Assembly: GCA_002501805.1 (NCBI GenBank)
Contig: DAOI01000003.1
Span: 31,261 to 95,260, forward strand
Length of the DNA: 64,000 nucleotides
Reading direction: 5' to 3'
DNA from: Euryarchaeota archaeon UBA463
GTDB lineage: Archaea > Thermoplasmatota > Poseidoniia > Poseidoniales > Thalassarchaeaceae
Shown here in pieces: positions 19,964 through 31,200 of the stretch. Positions within the stretch are counted from its first letter, which is position 1; each line of letters starts with the position of its first letter. The translations under genes and the position numbers were made by a program. The notes under the pieces were generated by a model that was not told the origin of the DNA, did no database searches, and saw only the letters and a program-made list of their open reading frames with translations.

Positions 19964-20061
19964 TGCGCAGTCATTCTCAGTGACCGTCTATCAACTATCC
20001 TCTTCTCGAGATATCATCAGTTAGGGGTTAATTGATGAATGATGAACATTTGCCGAGACCC

Positions 20062-21246
20062 ATGGCTACCTATCGGCTAGCGGTACTGCCCGGCGACGGG
20101 ACTGGACGTGAAGTAATGAGAGAGGCACTACGAATCCTTTCAGTTTTTGAGGAAAATAGCCCCGTATCGTTCGATATAAATGAGATTCCATGTGGCGGGC
20201 AGTACTATCTTGAGACGGGTGAAGAATGGCCAAAAGGGTCTTTCGAATACTGTAGAGATGAGTCTGACGCCATTCTCCTGGGTGCTATTGGATGGCCCGA
20301 TGCCAGACTCCCGAATGGAGATATGGCCGGCGGACAGACCATTCTCGGACTTAGATCGGGCTTGGAGCTATATGCCAATGTCAGGCCAGTCAAACTTTAT
20401 CCCGGTGTCACCCACAAGGTGCATGGTGTTCACAAGCAAGTCTGGAACCCAGATTTGGTAGATATTATCATGATTCGTGAGAATACGGAGGGACTCTATC
20501 ACTCGCTCCTAAGGAGAATGGAGCAGAGGGCCTTAGGAAAGAAGGATGAACCGATCGTAATTGAAGAGTTTCCCGGGCTAGATGGAGAGGTTGCATGGGA
20601 CCCCCGTCCAATTTCGAGGGACGGCAGTGAGAGGGTAATCAGATTCGCCTTCGACTATGCCAAGCATAGACAGAGGAAAACGGGAGCATCCCAGTCCGTA
20701 ACATGCGTAGACAAGTCCAATGTCACCCGGGGTTGTCAGCTTTTCAGAAAGATATTCAGAGAGTTCGCAGAGAGAAATCAGGACATAGCGGTAAAGGAGG
20801 CGTATATCGATGCCTTCACTATGTGGCTCGTCAGGAATCCAGAAGATCTAGACGTGGTGGTCCTTCCAAACATGTTTGGCGATATCGCCACAGATTTGGC
20901 CAGTGTCCTGCAAGGAGGAATGGGAATGTCCGCAAGCGCGAATATGGGGCCGAAGCACATGCTCTTCGAACCAGTTCACGGCTCCTCTCCAAAGCACGCT
21001 GGAAAGAATGTTGTCAATCCAATAGCCATGATACAATCTGTGCAGATGATGTTCGAGGCTCTGGCATTCAGAAAGAAGGATCAGAATCTCGATATGTGTG
21101 CTGAGATTCTACAGAACGCCATTCAGAAGCATTTCGAAGAAGGAGGCATAGTGACCTATGACTTGGGGGGTACAGCAAGTACCTCCGAAGTCGGGCAAGC
21201 CATCGCTATGAGATGCGAGTCGATGCTCAAAGAGAGATTCCCCTAG
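20062..21246 (+). CDS. Isocitrate/isopropylmalate dehydrogenase-family protein (LeuB/tartrate dehydrogenase-like)
   Basis: [19 protein letters not shown]-terminus, [28 protein letters not shown], and the metal/NAD block [12 protein letters not shown]. The start was set at the in-frame ATG at 20062 on the basis of family N-terminal conservation. The track ORF starts at 20032. Confidence 0.7.
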   Translation: MATYRLAVLPGDGTGREVMREALRILSVFEENSPVSFDINEIPCGGQYYLETGEEWPKGSFEYCRDESDAILLGAIGWPDARLPNGDMAGGQTILGLRSGLELYANVRPVKLYPGVTHKVHGVHKQVWNPDLVDIIMIRENTEGLYHSLLRRMEQRALGKKDEPIVIEEFPGLDGEVAWDPRPISRDGSERVIRFAFDYAKHRQRKTGASQSVTCVDKSNVTRGCQLFRKIFREFAERNQDIAVKEAYIDAFTMWLVRNPEDLDVVVLPNMFGDIATDLASVLQGGMGMSASANMGPKHMLFEPVHGSSPKHAGKNVVNPIAMIQSVQMMFEALAFRKKDQNLDMCAEILQNAIQKHFEEGGIVTYDLGGTASTSEVGQAIAMRCESMLKERFP

Positions 21247-22019
21247 CCAATCCTCAGCGATGAGCTGGACATTATATCCAAGGCGTCTCTAAGCACCGCC
21301 TCATTATTCCAATCGGTAGTAGTTGGATTCTCTAATAGCTCTTCGGCTAGCCTGCCCATAGCCCTAGTAACATCATCTACTATCGTAACAGTAGCTTTTT
21401 TGGATGTCCTAGATAGTGGATTAAGATCTATAGCAATTACCTGTTTTCCAAGTGAAATCAGGGCCTCGCAACGATCCCCGTCCTCGAGAGGGACCAGTAC
21501 AATATCGGCCTGCTCTATTCCCCGCGAAGAACACAAAGACCTAGGTCCTTCTAGCCCTAGGATTCTTCCATCTGCCACTGCCCCTAGAATCTCTACATCC
21601 ATGATAGACTCCCTGGCCATTTCTGGAGACTCCCTTCCAAGTCGATCTCTCAGTGACTCTAACTCACCTATCAGGGACTCCATTCGTTCACTGGTTCGAT
21701 AGTATATGTTCACCTCAACAGGACAGCCCAGTATCGAGGCAATCATAATCGCCTCACTACCTGCAAGGACAGTCGAGTTGCCATTCATCGAGATAACCGG
21801 ACTTTCAGCAACGAGTAGACGGGCAGCCGCCTCGCGAATCGCTAATGATGCCGAATCGCTCGTTCTCTCACCGAGAAGATAGTCAAAAGCCTCACCGCGC
21901 CCATGGGCAATCATAGCCGATTCTGCCAATAGCCCTCTCTTGGAGGCCTCTACCATCCTCAGTCGAGACATTAGGGATGCCTTCCTGGGGTGTGAATCTG
22001 GGATATCTGCCATAATCAC
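21243..22019 (-). CDS. Archaeal-type phosphopantothenate synthetase (4-phosphopantoate--beta-alanine ligase, DUF137/COG1701-like)
   Basis: 258 aa. AHGRGEAFDYLLGE and PVISMNGNSTVLAG resemble the archaeal PPS family. It overlaps nadC by 4 bp, consistent with an operon. Confidence 0.5.
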   Translation of the reverse strand: MIMADIPDSHPRKASLMSRLRMVEASKRGLLAESAMIAHGRGEAFDYLLGERTSDSASLAIREAAARLLVAESPVISMNGNSTVLAGSEAIMIASILGCPVEVNIYYRTSERMESLIGELESLRDRLGRESPEMARESIMDVEILGAVADGRILGLEGPRSLCSSRGIEQADIVLVPLEDGDRCEALISLGKQVIAIDLNPLSRTSKKATVTIVDDVTRAMGRLAEELLENPTTTDWNNEAVLRDALDIMSSSSLRIG

Positions 22020-22948
22020 TCCCCTCTGAATCTCATTGATAGATCAAGGGGCGATACCCCTCTGTTAATCGAGCTAGTTGAAATCAAATCAACCCCACAT
22101 GCACACCATTCCTTGACTTCCTCCAGAGAAATCCCCCCTGAGCCCTCGAGAATGCACCATTCACGTAGTCCCTCTTCCTCCAACCTTCTCGATACCATAG
22201 ATGACAATACAGGGCCCATATTATCAAGCAGAACAACAACTCTCTCACTACCCTCCCTTTCCGTCTGCACGCTCTTCCAAATACCAACCACAGTAAGTGC
22301 CTGCTCGATATCCCTCACCTCTATCACGGTAAAGGATGAATTAGTGTCCATGTCGATCTCCAGAACTAATCTGGCTAAGGCCTCATCCTCGGTCTCATCG
22401 CCAACTCGTGATGAGAGAACCTCGCTATCCTTGATCATCAGGGCGTCCTCCCTACTTAGTCGGTGCGTCAGTCCCCCCCCGACATGTACTGCCCACTTAT
22501 CCAGAAGCCCCCAGTCAACCTTCCTAGTACTGGCCACACCCATACTTCCAGCCTCGTTAATCCATATTGAGGAATTAGTGGAAATCCCCGAAAGCCTCCC
22601 GATGATATTCAGTAACACTCTCTCGGAGCGTAGCATTTCGACGCCATTGCCAGATATTCTGAGAACCTCGTCTCCGACTTCCACTATCGATCCCTCTGAC
22701 ACTTTCCATTCTACGGAACAGGAGGGGTAGTGTGTCTCTAGTAACCTGTCAATAACGAAAGTCCCGCATATCACACCTCTTTCCTTGGAGATGACAACAG
22801 CCTCCATAGACACGTCAGGACCTTCTCCCCCGCTCCCTTCATCAGAGACCATCGCAGTCATCCACCTATCGATGGATTCAAGCATCATCATGCTAGGTTC
22901 ACCATCACAGTATAGGAGACTAGATCTATCGTGGGGTAACGCTCTCAC
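22016..22948 (-). CDS. nadC: Nicotinate-nucleotide pyrophosphorylase (quinolinate phosphoribosyltransferase)
   Basis: ERVLLNIIGRLSGIST, TRKVDWGLLDKWAVHVGGGLTHRLSREDALMIKD, typical of NadC/ModD-family type II PRTases. Confidence 0.75.
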   Translation of the reverse strand: MRALPHDRSSLLYCDGEPSMMMLESIDRWMTAMVSDEGSGGEGPDVSMEAVVISKERGVICGTFVIDRLLETHYPSCSVEWKVSEGSIVEVGDEVLRISGNGVEMLRSERVLLNIIGRLSGISTNSSIWINEAGSMGVASTRKVDWGLLDKWAVHVGGGLTHRLSREDALMIKDSEVLSSRVGDETEDEALARLVLEIDMDTNSSFTVIEVRDIEQALTVVGIWKSVQTEREGSERVVVLLDNMGPVLSSMVSRRLEEEGLREWCILEGSGGISLEEVKEWCACGVDLISTSSINRGVSPLDLSMRFRGE

Positions 22949-22987
22949 GACACGTGCTGAAAGCTCTCAGACTTGAATGGTCCGAAT

Positions 22988-23254
22988 TCAAAGCTCCTCG
23001 CCCAGTACTTCCAAGCTACCCTCCACAGCGGATAGACAGGCTAGGATATCATCAACCGTGGCACGTAGCTCACTGAGCTCAGAAGATGAGATCAGTATAG
23101 TCAGCATCACTCCGTCCTCTGACTCAACTATCTCAGACTCGAAGGACTCAGGGTCATCGGGCATAATGGACTCTAAGAGATTCTCAGCCACCTCTCTGGA
23201 ACCCGTCCATACTACACGTGCAACCGCGTCTCCCATATCTTTAGCGGAGGACAC
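22988..23254 (-). CDS. KEOPS complex subunit Pcc1-like
   Basis: 88 aa. The pattern A..LL.SIMPD..ES.E.EIVESEDGVMLTI...S.LSELRATVDDIL matches the Pcc1 fold signature. Confidence 0.5.
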   Translation of the reverse strand: MSSAKDMGDAVARVVWTGSREVAENLLESIMPDDPESFESEIVESEDGVMLTILISSSELSELRATVDDILACLSAVEGSLEVLGEEL

Positions 23255-23327
23255 CCCGTCTTTTCAGCTCAACTATTGTTAATCGGATTCAAAAACAATC
23301 ATGTGCATCGTGCGTGCCCGATTAAGC

Positions 23328-24602
23328 ATGAGCGACTCGATTCCACCCTCAGATACGGCCGAATCAGTTACTGCAGGCCATCCCGACAAGCTTTGTGATG
23401 CTATCTCAGACTCCATTCTAGATGCATGTCTAAGGATCGATCCTAATGCCCGAGTTGCCGTTGAAACCATGGTTAAGGGAACCGAAGGAGAAGCGATAAT
23501 AGTTCTCGCGGGAGAGGTCAGTCTCAATGGACAGCCGCCAAACTATGAAGAAATTGCTCGTCTTACAGCTTCATCGATTGGATATACTGACAGTAAGATC
23601 GGGATGGATGCTTCATCAAACGATAGCTGTCAAGTGCATACTCACATAACAACCCAGTCCCAATTCATCAGCCAAGGGGTCGATGGCGATATTGAGACAC
23701 AGGGAGCAGGCGACCAGGGAGTAATGTTCGGGTACGCGTGCACGGAGACAGAGGGAACCGCAGAGCTCAGAGGCAGGTTCTTCCCACTCTCAGCAGCTCT
23801 TGCGCAAAGACTAACTAGGCGGTTGGAGATAGTACATGATGAGGGTATCATACCATGGGTTAGGCCCGATGGAAAGAGCCAGGTTACAGTACAACTAACT
23901 GATGATAAACAGTCAGTAAGTAGGGTATCTACGATAGTTATTGCATCACAGCACTCTCCGAAAGCAGGACCAAACTGGCCCGCCGAGGACGATTTATCAG
24001 ATGATGAAAGATGTCAGTATATCGAGCAGCAGATTAGGAAGCATGTGGTCGAGCACGCTATTCCTCCAAGTCTGTTAGACAATCCTGAGGTAATAGTCAA
24101 TGGAACGGGATCATTCCCTGATCCCGGGGGTCCCTACGCAGATGCCGGTCTGACAGGCAGGAAAATTATCGTGGACACATATGGCGGAGGAAGACATGGT
24201 GGTGGGGCATTCAGTGGAAAGGATCCATCGAAGGTAGACAGATCGGCCGCATATTATGCTAGGTGGGTTGCTAAGCATGTGGTCGCAGCTGGACTGGCAG
24301 AAAGGTGCGAGATTCAGGTAGCCTATGCGATTGGTAAAGCTAGCCCAGTCGGATTCAGGGTGGAAACCTTTGGAACAACTAACAGTGACTTGGGTAAAAA
24401 TCCAGACTCCACAATCTCCAGGTTGATATTGGAGAACTTTGATTGGAGGCCAGCTGCTATGATTAGAGATCTCAATCTGAAGAGGCCAATCTACAGTTCT
24501 ACTGCATCTGGTGGGCACTTTGGAAGAACTCCAACCGAAGAAGGATTATTCCCATGGGAAAGATTAGATCAGTCGAGATTAGACTCACTTAGAAGTCACT
24601 AA
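23328..24602 (+). CDS. metK: S-adenosylmethionine synthetase, bacterial/eukaryotic type
   Basis: ESVTAGHPDKLCDAISDSILDA, GAGDQGVMFGYA, GGGAFSGKDPSKVDRSAAYYARWVAK. This is not the archaeal MAT family. The start was set at the ATG at 23328; the track ORF starts at 23301. Confidence 0.9.
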   Translation: MSDSIPPSDTAESVTAGHPDKLCDAISDSILDACLRIDPNARVAVETMVKGTEGEAIIVLAGEVSLNGQPPNYEEIARLTASSIGYTDSKIGMDASSNDSCQVHTHITTQSQFISQGVDGDIETQGAGDQGVMFGYACTETEGTAELRGRFFPLSAALAQRLTRRLEIVHDEGIIPWVRPDGKSQVTVQLTDDKQSVSRVSTIVIASQHSPKAGPNWPAEDDLSDDERCQYIEQQIRKHVVEHAIPPSLLDNPEVIVNGTGSFPDPGGPYADAGLTGRKIIVDTYGGGRHGGGAFSGKDPSKVDRSAAYYARWVAKHVVAAGLAERCEIQVAYAIGKASPVGFRVETFGTTNSDLGKNPDSTISRLILENFDWRPAAMIRDLNLKRPIYSSTASGGHFGRTPTEEGLFPWERLDQSRLDSLRSH

Positions 24603-24663
24603 GAGACTGAAAAGACAAACATTTCTGGCAGGGTATTGAAAACAAACCCTTTGTGCGCCAATC

Positions 24664-25086
24664 ATGTCAAGAATACCTGCAGTCCTACTCCAGCAGTTCG
24701 TCGGCATGAGCGATTATGAGAGAACACTAGCGATAGATAGGGCCTCTAGGGAACTAGGACTGTCCAAAAGTGAGATTCTTTCGCAGTTGGAAGAATTTCA
24801 AAATGGACAGGTGAAGCCAACAAATTCTCCAACCCCCACTCAACCTACAAGAGAAAGTAATTTTTCACGGCAAGAAGTTGAGGAAGAAGGCTCTCCTAGA
24901 TTCTTGGAAAATACTCACAAGTATAGATTCACATATGACCCGAGTCACTCGGGAAAGAAGAGGCAGTCTGAAGTGAACCAAGCCATAGTCTGTCCACACT
25001 GCAACGCGGCACTGGGGATTCCATCCGTCAGGCCTATTTCGGTAAAGTGCCCTGCGTGTTTGATGGAATCCACATTTGAGAACTAG
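24664..25086 (+). CDS. Hypothetical protein with a C-terminal CxxC..CxxC zinc ribbon
   Basis: 140 aa with CPHCNAALG and CPACLME at the C-terminus. Confidence 0.4.
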   Translation: MSRIPAVLLQQFVGMSDYERTLAIDRASRELGLSKSEILSQLEEFQNGQVKPTNSPTPTQPTRESNFSRQEVEEEGSPRFLENTHKYRFTYDPSHSGKKRQSEVNQAIVCPHCNAALGIPSVRPISVKCPACLMESTFEN

Positions 25087-26267
25087 ACTCCCCAGAACTC
25101 ACTGCCCCTCCCTCCTTCCTCTTCCTCCGAAAGGGAGTCGACGATAACGCTCAGCAGGTATCTACCTAGGATCGCCATTACTGGTAGGGACCACGTTGCC
25201 GCCACCGAGTCAACCCGCAAATCAACATCCTGTCCCCCCAACATACTGAGTGAAACCTCGTTGATTGCAGAAATTACGAAGTAAGCGACGAACCCAGTAG
25301 CCAGAAGCATAATGCTCTGACCGGTGAAGGATCCTTCCTTCCACCTTAGCACCCCCAATGACAGGAATAGAGAGAAGAACGCCACAAGAATCCATGAGAG
25401 AGCGTTGTCAATCGCAATTACCCATACAGCAATGTCGCTATTAACAGCGTCCACATCAAAATTATTAGATGACGATAGAATAGAGGAAGCGTATGCTTCA
25501 ATTTCCAAGCTAGACGCATACAATACCTGTATGACTGTCACTACGGCTATTATCATAGAAACCAATGCCAATGCCCACAGCATAGAGGTCAGGAGACTTC
25601 CAGTGGCGGCGGCCCGCATATCATTTACGAGGCGGTCAAGCTGTTGCTCCAAGCCGAGCCCCCTGGAAAGAAGCCAAATCCCGATAATGAGAGGTAGCGT
25701 ACCAATAAGGGCACTTCCATAGTCAGATGGAAGGATAAGGCCGACACCCAGAATGATCATCACAGCAGCTATTGGGACGAGCAGCCTCGCTCTCCAACGA
25801 GGGTCCTCAATCGCCTTAACAACATAGTAGTAGGTACTCTCAATTCCCTTAGACTGCCTGACTATTATCTTCTCGATATGATCGACTCTGACTCTGGAAG
25901 TGATTATTGGGAGCGCCTCCTCATCATCAGCTCCATCAGTAACGAGAATCGCCTTATCAGGTTGGAACTCCTGTATCACCTCGTCTAACTGAGTGGCAAT
26001 TTCCCTATCGCTTCTGGACCCAACCCTGACATCTCCTGTAAGTAGGGCTATCTGGACCTCATCATCACCAATCGCCTCTTCAGCCAAACGGTCGTGCTGG
26101 TGCAAAGCTCCCAGTATGGCATTAGTATCCGACTCTTCTGGGTCGGCTATTCCAAGCCTCAACGCGGCGGCGAGAGTAGCTTTACGTCCCACTACCGGGC
26201 CCCTAATTCCAGCCTTGACACCCAGATCATTATCTCGGTCTACTGTCAGTACTAGAGTTCGTACCAT
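25083..26267 (-). CDS. DUF373-family archaeal membrane protein
   Basis: N-terminal LVLTVDRDNDLG soluble domain followed by ~6 TM helices, an architecture characteristic of archaeal DUF373 proteins. Confidence 0.5.
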   Translation of the reverse strand: MVRTLVLTVDRDNDLGVKAGIRGPVVGRKATLAAALRLGIADPEESDTNAILGALHQHDRLAEEAIGDDEVQIALLTGDVRVGSRSDREIATQLDEVIQEFQPDKAILVTDGADDEEALPIITSRVRVDHIEKIIVRQSKGIESTYYYVVKAIEDPRWRARLLVPIAAVMIILGVGLILPSDYGSALIGTLPLIIGIWLLSRGLGLEQQLDRLVNDMRAAATGSLLTSMLWALALVSMIIAVVTVIQVLYASSLEIEAYASSILSSSNNFDVDAVNSDIAVWVIAIDNALSWILVAFFSLFLSLGVLRWKEGSFTGQSIMLLATGFVAYFVISAINEVSLSMLGGQDVDLRVDSVAATWSLPVMAILGRYLLSVIVDSLSEEEEGGRGSEFWGV

Positions 26268-26338
26268 CTCCCCGCCTCAACCCCTGATGCACCCGGGGCG
26301 ATATGAAGAATTGCCTACAATCATGACTATAACTCCCA

Positions 26339-27406
26339 TTAGGAACTAGAGTCTGACCCGCCAGAGTCATTGTATCTCCTCCGTTGCTTGGCTCGGATAT
26401 ACTTCAGAGGATGCGTCAACCACTCTTGATCGCAAAGCGAGTCGTCCCCTGCTTGAACTGGACAGCGAGCATTGGTCTTCAAAGCCGCACACCCATGAGG
26501 GGTATACTCCCTTTCGTATATGTGAGCAACCTGATATGAAGTCGTATCTGGGCTATAGTCAGGCGCTCCAGAGAAAAATCCACAGGTTTGCTCTTGGGAA
26601 TGGCCTAGAGCCTTGGAGAAAGAAGCCAGAAAAACTCTGCCCACATGATTAACGTTGACTCCTTGGTTGAGCTCTGAAACCGCTGACTCAAAACAGGGAG
26701 GCCAATCTTCCCTAACAGCGGCTGATACAGGCATCTCTTCCTTTACCCGTAGGGCCAACATTCCGACTATCCTCTCCACCGGATCTGAGAACTGTGCGGC
26801 AAATTCATCACTCATTTTCTCCATGCGCTGTCTACAAGTCGCGTCAAGGTACCCCCTTACCCTCTCTTTCAGCAACCTAGACGTCCTCTGCCTGCTATTC
26901 TCCCCAGAGGCTGGATCCATTCGAACCCAACCGTCTCTGACTGGCCTGTTAGCCAATCTCCAATATGTTCCTGAAATTTTTGGACAAAGCTCAATGAAGT
27001 CAGAAACAGGTACCCAATAGATCATATCATCCCCCTCTTCTATTTTGATTCCAGAAAGATAACTAGAGCATATTGTTGAGAAATTAGTCACATCTCTGCC
27101 GAATAGGCCGTCTGCTCTGCTAGCCTCTCCCTCAATCCATCTTGCCAACAATCGCTCATCGAAAGAAGCACATACAACTAGCATGGCATGAAGGAATGAA
27201 AGAGTCTCAGTCATCTTACCCGCTTCACTTGAGAGATCAACCGTTGTTGCATCATCTACCCCGTCTTTGTGCATTACAGACTCCAGTAGACGCAACCTGC
27301 CCCTTGCTCTCACTTCCTCAAGCCAAGGAGCCTCAACCAAATCTCCTACTGTGACCCCATTCTCCCTCAGAACTTCTCGTATGTGGCTCCTGCCTTGAGG
27401 TAGCAT
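26339..27406 (-). CDS. priL: DNA primase large subunit PriL
   Basis: WPPCFESAV (PPC motif) and YTPHGCAALKTNARCP (YSPYSCMK-like 4Fe-4S cysteines) in the C-terminal domain. The start was chosen as the in-frame ATG at 27406. A TTG at 27499 is possible but would overlap the divergent mptE-like gene. Confidence 0.65.
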   Translation of the reverse strand: MLPQGRSHIREVLRENGVTVGDLVEAPWLEEVRARGRLRLLESVMHKDGVDDATTVDLSSEAGKMTETLSFLHAMLVVCASFDERLLARWIEGEASRADGLFGRDVTNFSTICSSYLSGIKIEEGDDMIYWVPVSDFIELCPKISGTYWRLANRPVRDGWVRMDPASGENSRQRTSRLLKERVRGYLDATCRQRMEKMSDEFAAQFSDPVERIVGMLALRVKEEMPVSAAVREDWPPCFESAVSELNQGVNVNHVGRVFLASFSKALGHSQEQTCGFFSGAPDYSPDTTSYQVAHIYEREYTPHGCAALKTNARCPVQAGDDSLCDQEWLTHPLKYIRAKQRRRYNDSGGSDSSS

Positions 27407-27453
27407 TGGGTATCTCGATAATATCACCCGATCTTCGATTATGGGTGGCTTGA

Positions 27454-28284
27454 GTGGAATGGGCACGATACCTAGAGAACCAAGAGGGTTATTCAACAAT
27501 CACCGACCCCTTCCACTGGAGAAACATGTCTAGGCCACCCACAGATTTGATACCCCCCATTGAACTTCTTGTAACAATTCAAGATGAATTCAGGAGCCAT
27601 TTCGGATGGCAAGAATCTGATGATCTTTCAAGTGCGAAAAACCTACTTTCTATCGTTGAGCAGTTAGGAGTGGAGCAATGGAGGAGGCCCAATAGGGCCG
27701 CAACAGTAGCAAATATTCAGAGAAGACTTGTTCTAAGAGAGCAAAATGTTGCTATCCTTGGCGCCGCAATAGACATAGAAGAACTAACTATTGCTCTAGA
27801 GTCACCAACTCTCCTGATCGCTGCCGATGGGGCCGCCGGAGTAATATCTCTGTTACCCGAAACGACAGCAGAGAGAGCATGGTCAAGATTGGCTTTCATA
27901 GTTTCAGATGCAGACGGAGGAGAGGGTACCATTGAGGCCGTGAATAGGGGGAAAACAGTTTTCCTACATGCACACGGGGATAATGAGAATGACTGGAGGG
28001 ACCTTTTGGAAATTGCAAAGAACGCACCCACACCACCTCCTCTGATATTGACACATCAGACAACTGGAGAGATAGCTGGTATGCATAATCCAGGTGGTTT
28101 CACAGATGGCGACAGGGCTGCATGTATAGCTATGTCATTGGGGATTCCCGTTGAGAGGATAACCATGCTAGGGACAAATACAACGGAGGTCGGTAGGTGG
28201 TCAGGAACTACCGAAAAAGAAAAGAAACTAGTCAAATTACAGTGGATGGCAACTATTTTACAGGCTCTGGGGATTCACTACTGA
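27454..28284 (+). CDS. 6-hydroxymethyl-7,8-dihydropterin pyrophosphokinase, archaeal MptE-like (DUF115)
   Basis: IAADGAAGVISLLPETTAERAWSRLAFIVSDADGG, then VFLHAHGDN and LTHQTTGE, match the DUF115/MptE pattern. GTG start at 27454; an alternative ATG is at 27526. Confidence 0.5.
   Translation: MEWARYLENQEGYSTITDPFHWRNMSRPPTDLIPPIELLVTIQDEFRSHFGWQESDDLSSAKNLLSIVEQLGVEQWRRPNRAATVANIQRRLVLREQNVAILGAAIDIEELTIALESPTLLIAADGAAGVISLLPETTAERAWSRLAFIVSDADGGEGTIEAVNRGKTVFLHAHGDNENDWRDLLEIAKNAPTPPPLILTHQTTGEIAGMHNPGGFTDGDRAACIAMSLGIPVERITMLGTNTTEVGRWSGTTEKEKKLVKLQWMATILQALGIHY
27501..27525 (-). promoter_or_regulatory. ORB-like motif (GTTTCTCCAGTGGAAGGGGTCGGTG on the minus strand) in the priL/mptE divergent start region
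   Basis: CAGTGGAA followed by a G-string is the archaeal origin-recognition-box core. The same extended motif recurs at 37202-37225. Confidence 0.3.
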
Positions 28285-31200
28285 TCATAGGAAGTCTTCC
28301 AAGGTCATCACCGTCACTCTATCATTATTGAATAAAGAGTCTACACTATCAGACATCCATCCAACACGCTGTTTGGTGTAATCATCAACTCCGTAGCTCT
28401 CCATAACTTCCTTCGTAACCTGGATATATTTCCTGACTGCCCCCTCCGAGACTGTTAGAACGACATTTCCCCCACAGGTCGCAACCCCGTCATCGGAACT
28501 CGAGAATCTTGGACCGCCCGAGATTCCCGATGCCCTCTGCACGCACTTACCAGCTAGAGGCATTCTTCGATAGGAGTGCCCACATTTTACACATCGTACT
28601 TTCTGCCTGGTGAATGCCATCATATTGCCCCTCATATCTGGGAGGAAATGGGATTCAATGACTTGCGATGCCACTCTATCCACACTGACTGACCTGAGCC
28701 TACTCCCGAGCGCTAGTTGCTCACCCATCTTGTCGGTCATACTCACAAGCGTCTTGTATGCAGAATTTACTGGCCCAGAATCCAAGTCACCGGAATCATG
28801 CGTCCATCCATATCCTCGCAGATCTCCAATACTGCCCAGCCTGTCGCTCACTAGGTCCACTAAGTCCGATGCTTCGTTGGGGTGTGGTTGTGACAATGTA
28901 GCCTCATAGAAGTCGCGAGAATAGCTCCATGAGCAATCTACGTTCAATGCCTCCTTGTCTATTTCCATCGGATTCAGCCTGGTCGTCAGAACCAGAGGAG
29001 CATCCATCCTGCCTCCCCTGCCTGCAGGTAGAATTTCCTTAGAGAAATTTAGCAAACCATCCATGAGCATCATTATGCTGTCCTCGTCTCCATCACAATT
29101 CCTTCTTTTGGCTGCGTGGAAAAGTGGGTGAGCGTATCCGGCTGACGAGGAAGTCCATCCAATTAAGCGACACAACACTCCTCCAGATGTATGCGGTGCG
29201 AGACCGATGGCTAATCTTCCGACTAAGTCTTTCTCGCTTGTCGCGTTATAGAATGGTTCCATTTGATAGAATCTAACTAGAAGCTCATCCACGAAATTAC
29301 AAGTAGCGAGAAGGTGATCCTTGGATCTAATTGACGGGATAAAGTCCTGTGGAAGTAACTCCAACATCTGACTATCAGATTTCACGATATTCCCTCGGAT
29401 ATCATGAGTATATCCCAGTTCAACAAGAGCCTCCCAAGATGTACCAATCTCTGCCGGTTTGAAGTGTGTTACTGGTACATCACTCATATCATACCTTGAG
29501 GTTCCGTCTCTGAACACAGAAACCCCGTGCTTTGCCCTCAGAATGCCCTTCTCTAATGGTTCGGGGGACTGTCCTATCGAAACTAGTCCCTTTACAGCTT
29601 TGATCTTCGAGGGAAGCTTGTCCAAGCCCAAAGCCCTTCTTTTTACTTCAAGAATCGATGAGACCGGGACTGTCGTAAACTCACCCCGGCGCCTCCTCTT
29701 GCCTCCACGGCTCTTACGGACCTCCGTTCTTCCTCCACACTCTTTGGCCACATTGGGGTCAGGTCTGACATGACACCTGATATGTGGAGACTCTGAACCA
29801 CATTTGCTACAGATTCTCGGACCCATCTGAACTCTAATACTTCCTTTGGAGGACGCCTCTCCTAGGAGCCTCTGAGGTCCCCCACTCTCAGCAATGGGAT
29901 ATAGCGAGTGAACCAATGGTTTCATCTCCCTGACTCCGGACTTTTCCGGTCTGCCCATTCTAGCCCCAATTCTACACGTTGCAGAGTCCTCCCATCTCAT
30001 CGAGGACAATTTCCTAACTAGCCACAACGAACCATCAACAATGTGATCATCTAGTAACGAAACCGATCTATTCAGAGAGGCTACATTCTCGGGCCCCGGA
30101 TCAGAGATTCCCTGTGCAGCTTCTTCTCCGATCGCTTCTGTCTCCAGTGTGCCCTTTCCTTGTTGCATAGCTAGGGTAGTTGCTTGTACTCTGGCAAGCC
30201 CCCTTCTACTCTCCAGCTCACTCTTTCTCTTTCCCTCAGCTTGGACTATCTTCTTGGCTTCTCTGACTCTGACGAGCCTATCTTCGATGTGCCCCATTGC
30301 ATCTAAGGAACTAACTACTACGCCTTCCTCGCTCATCAGTCCTAGTCCTTCCAATAGACCTTCCCAGTTAGATGAAATCACGATATCTCCAGCCTCATGA
30401 TAGTGTTGCAAACCAAGAGTCAGAAGACATGATTTTACAATTCCATGATTTCTGACAGACATCCACGAAGGCCACATGTCAAAATCCGGCTCGTGTGTCG
30501 AGTCCAAGTCCTGTAAAGAATCAGGGCTCCAATCTCTCGACGCCCCACTTATCCTCAATCCACTTTCTTCAATCTCTGACCCAGACAATGCTTGGATAAG
30601 AGGTCTAGTGATTGAAATCGGAAGGTCAGACCACCATAGATTCCAAGGAGGAGGGACCGCTGTCCCAAATGCCTCAGATATTCTCTTCGACTGTTGCCAA
30701 GTCAAATCTATATCTCTCAGAAAAAGATACCACTCTCTCTTCCGCCACTCCCTCTCAAGAGCATCCTCCCCCCCACGATTTATTGCGCCATTAAAGGGTA
30801 GCCCTTTGGGCAGAGTATCAAGCCCGACCCCCATAATCTCTGCAAAGGTTGAGACCTTCTGAGGATGATCCATAGAATCCAGAAGATCTGCGGCCCACCA
30901 ATCTCTATTGTAAGCTGAGGGAACCAGATTCTTGTTGTTCTCAAGAAACTCTCCGAAACCCATCAGAATCTCTCCATTATCCCAAACAGAAACAACCCTT
31001 TCTCGAATCAATTTCCACTCATCCAGGGTGTGTACACGTCTGAACTCACCATCGCCAAGAATTACCATTGGCCCCTCGATATCAGTACAGGGAGTAACTG
31101 CACAAGCCTTCCCAGGACGCTCAATCTTCATCTGAGTTCCAACCGATAGGAACCCACCTGCCGCCTCCATCGATACTGGATTCAAACCAGCAGCCGCCAA

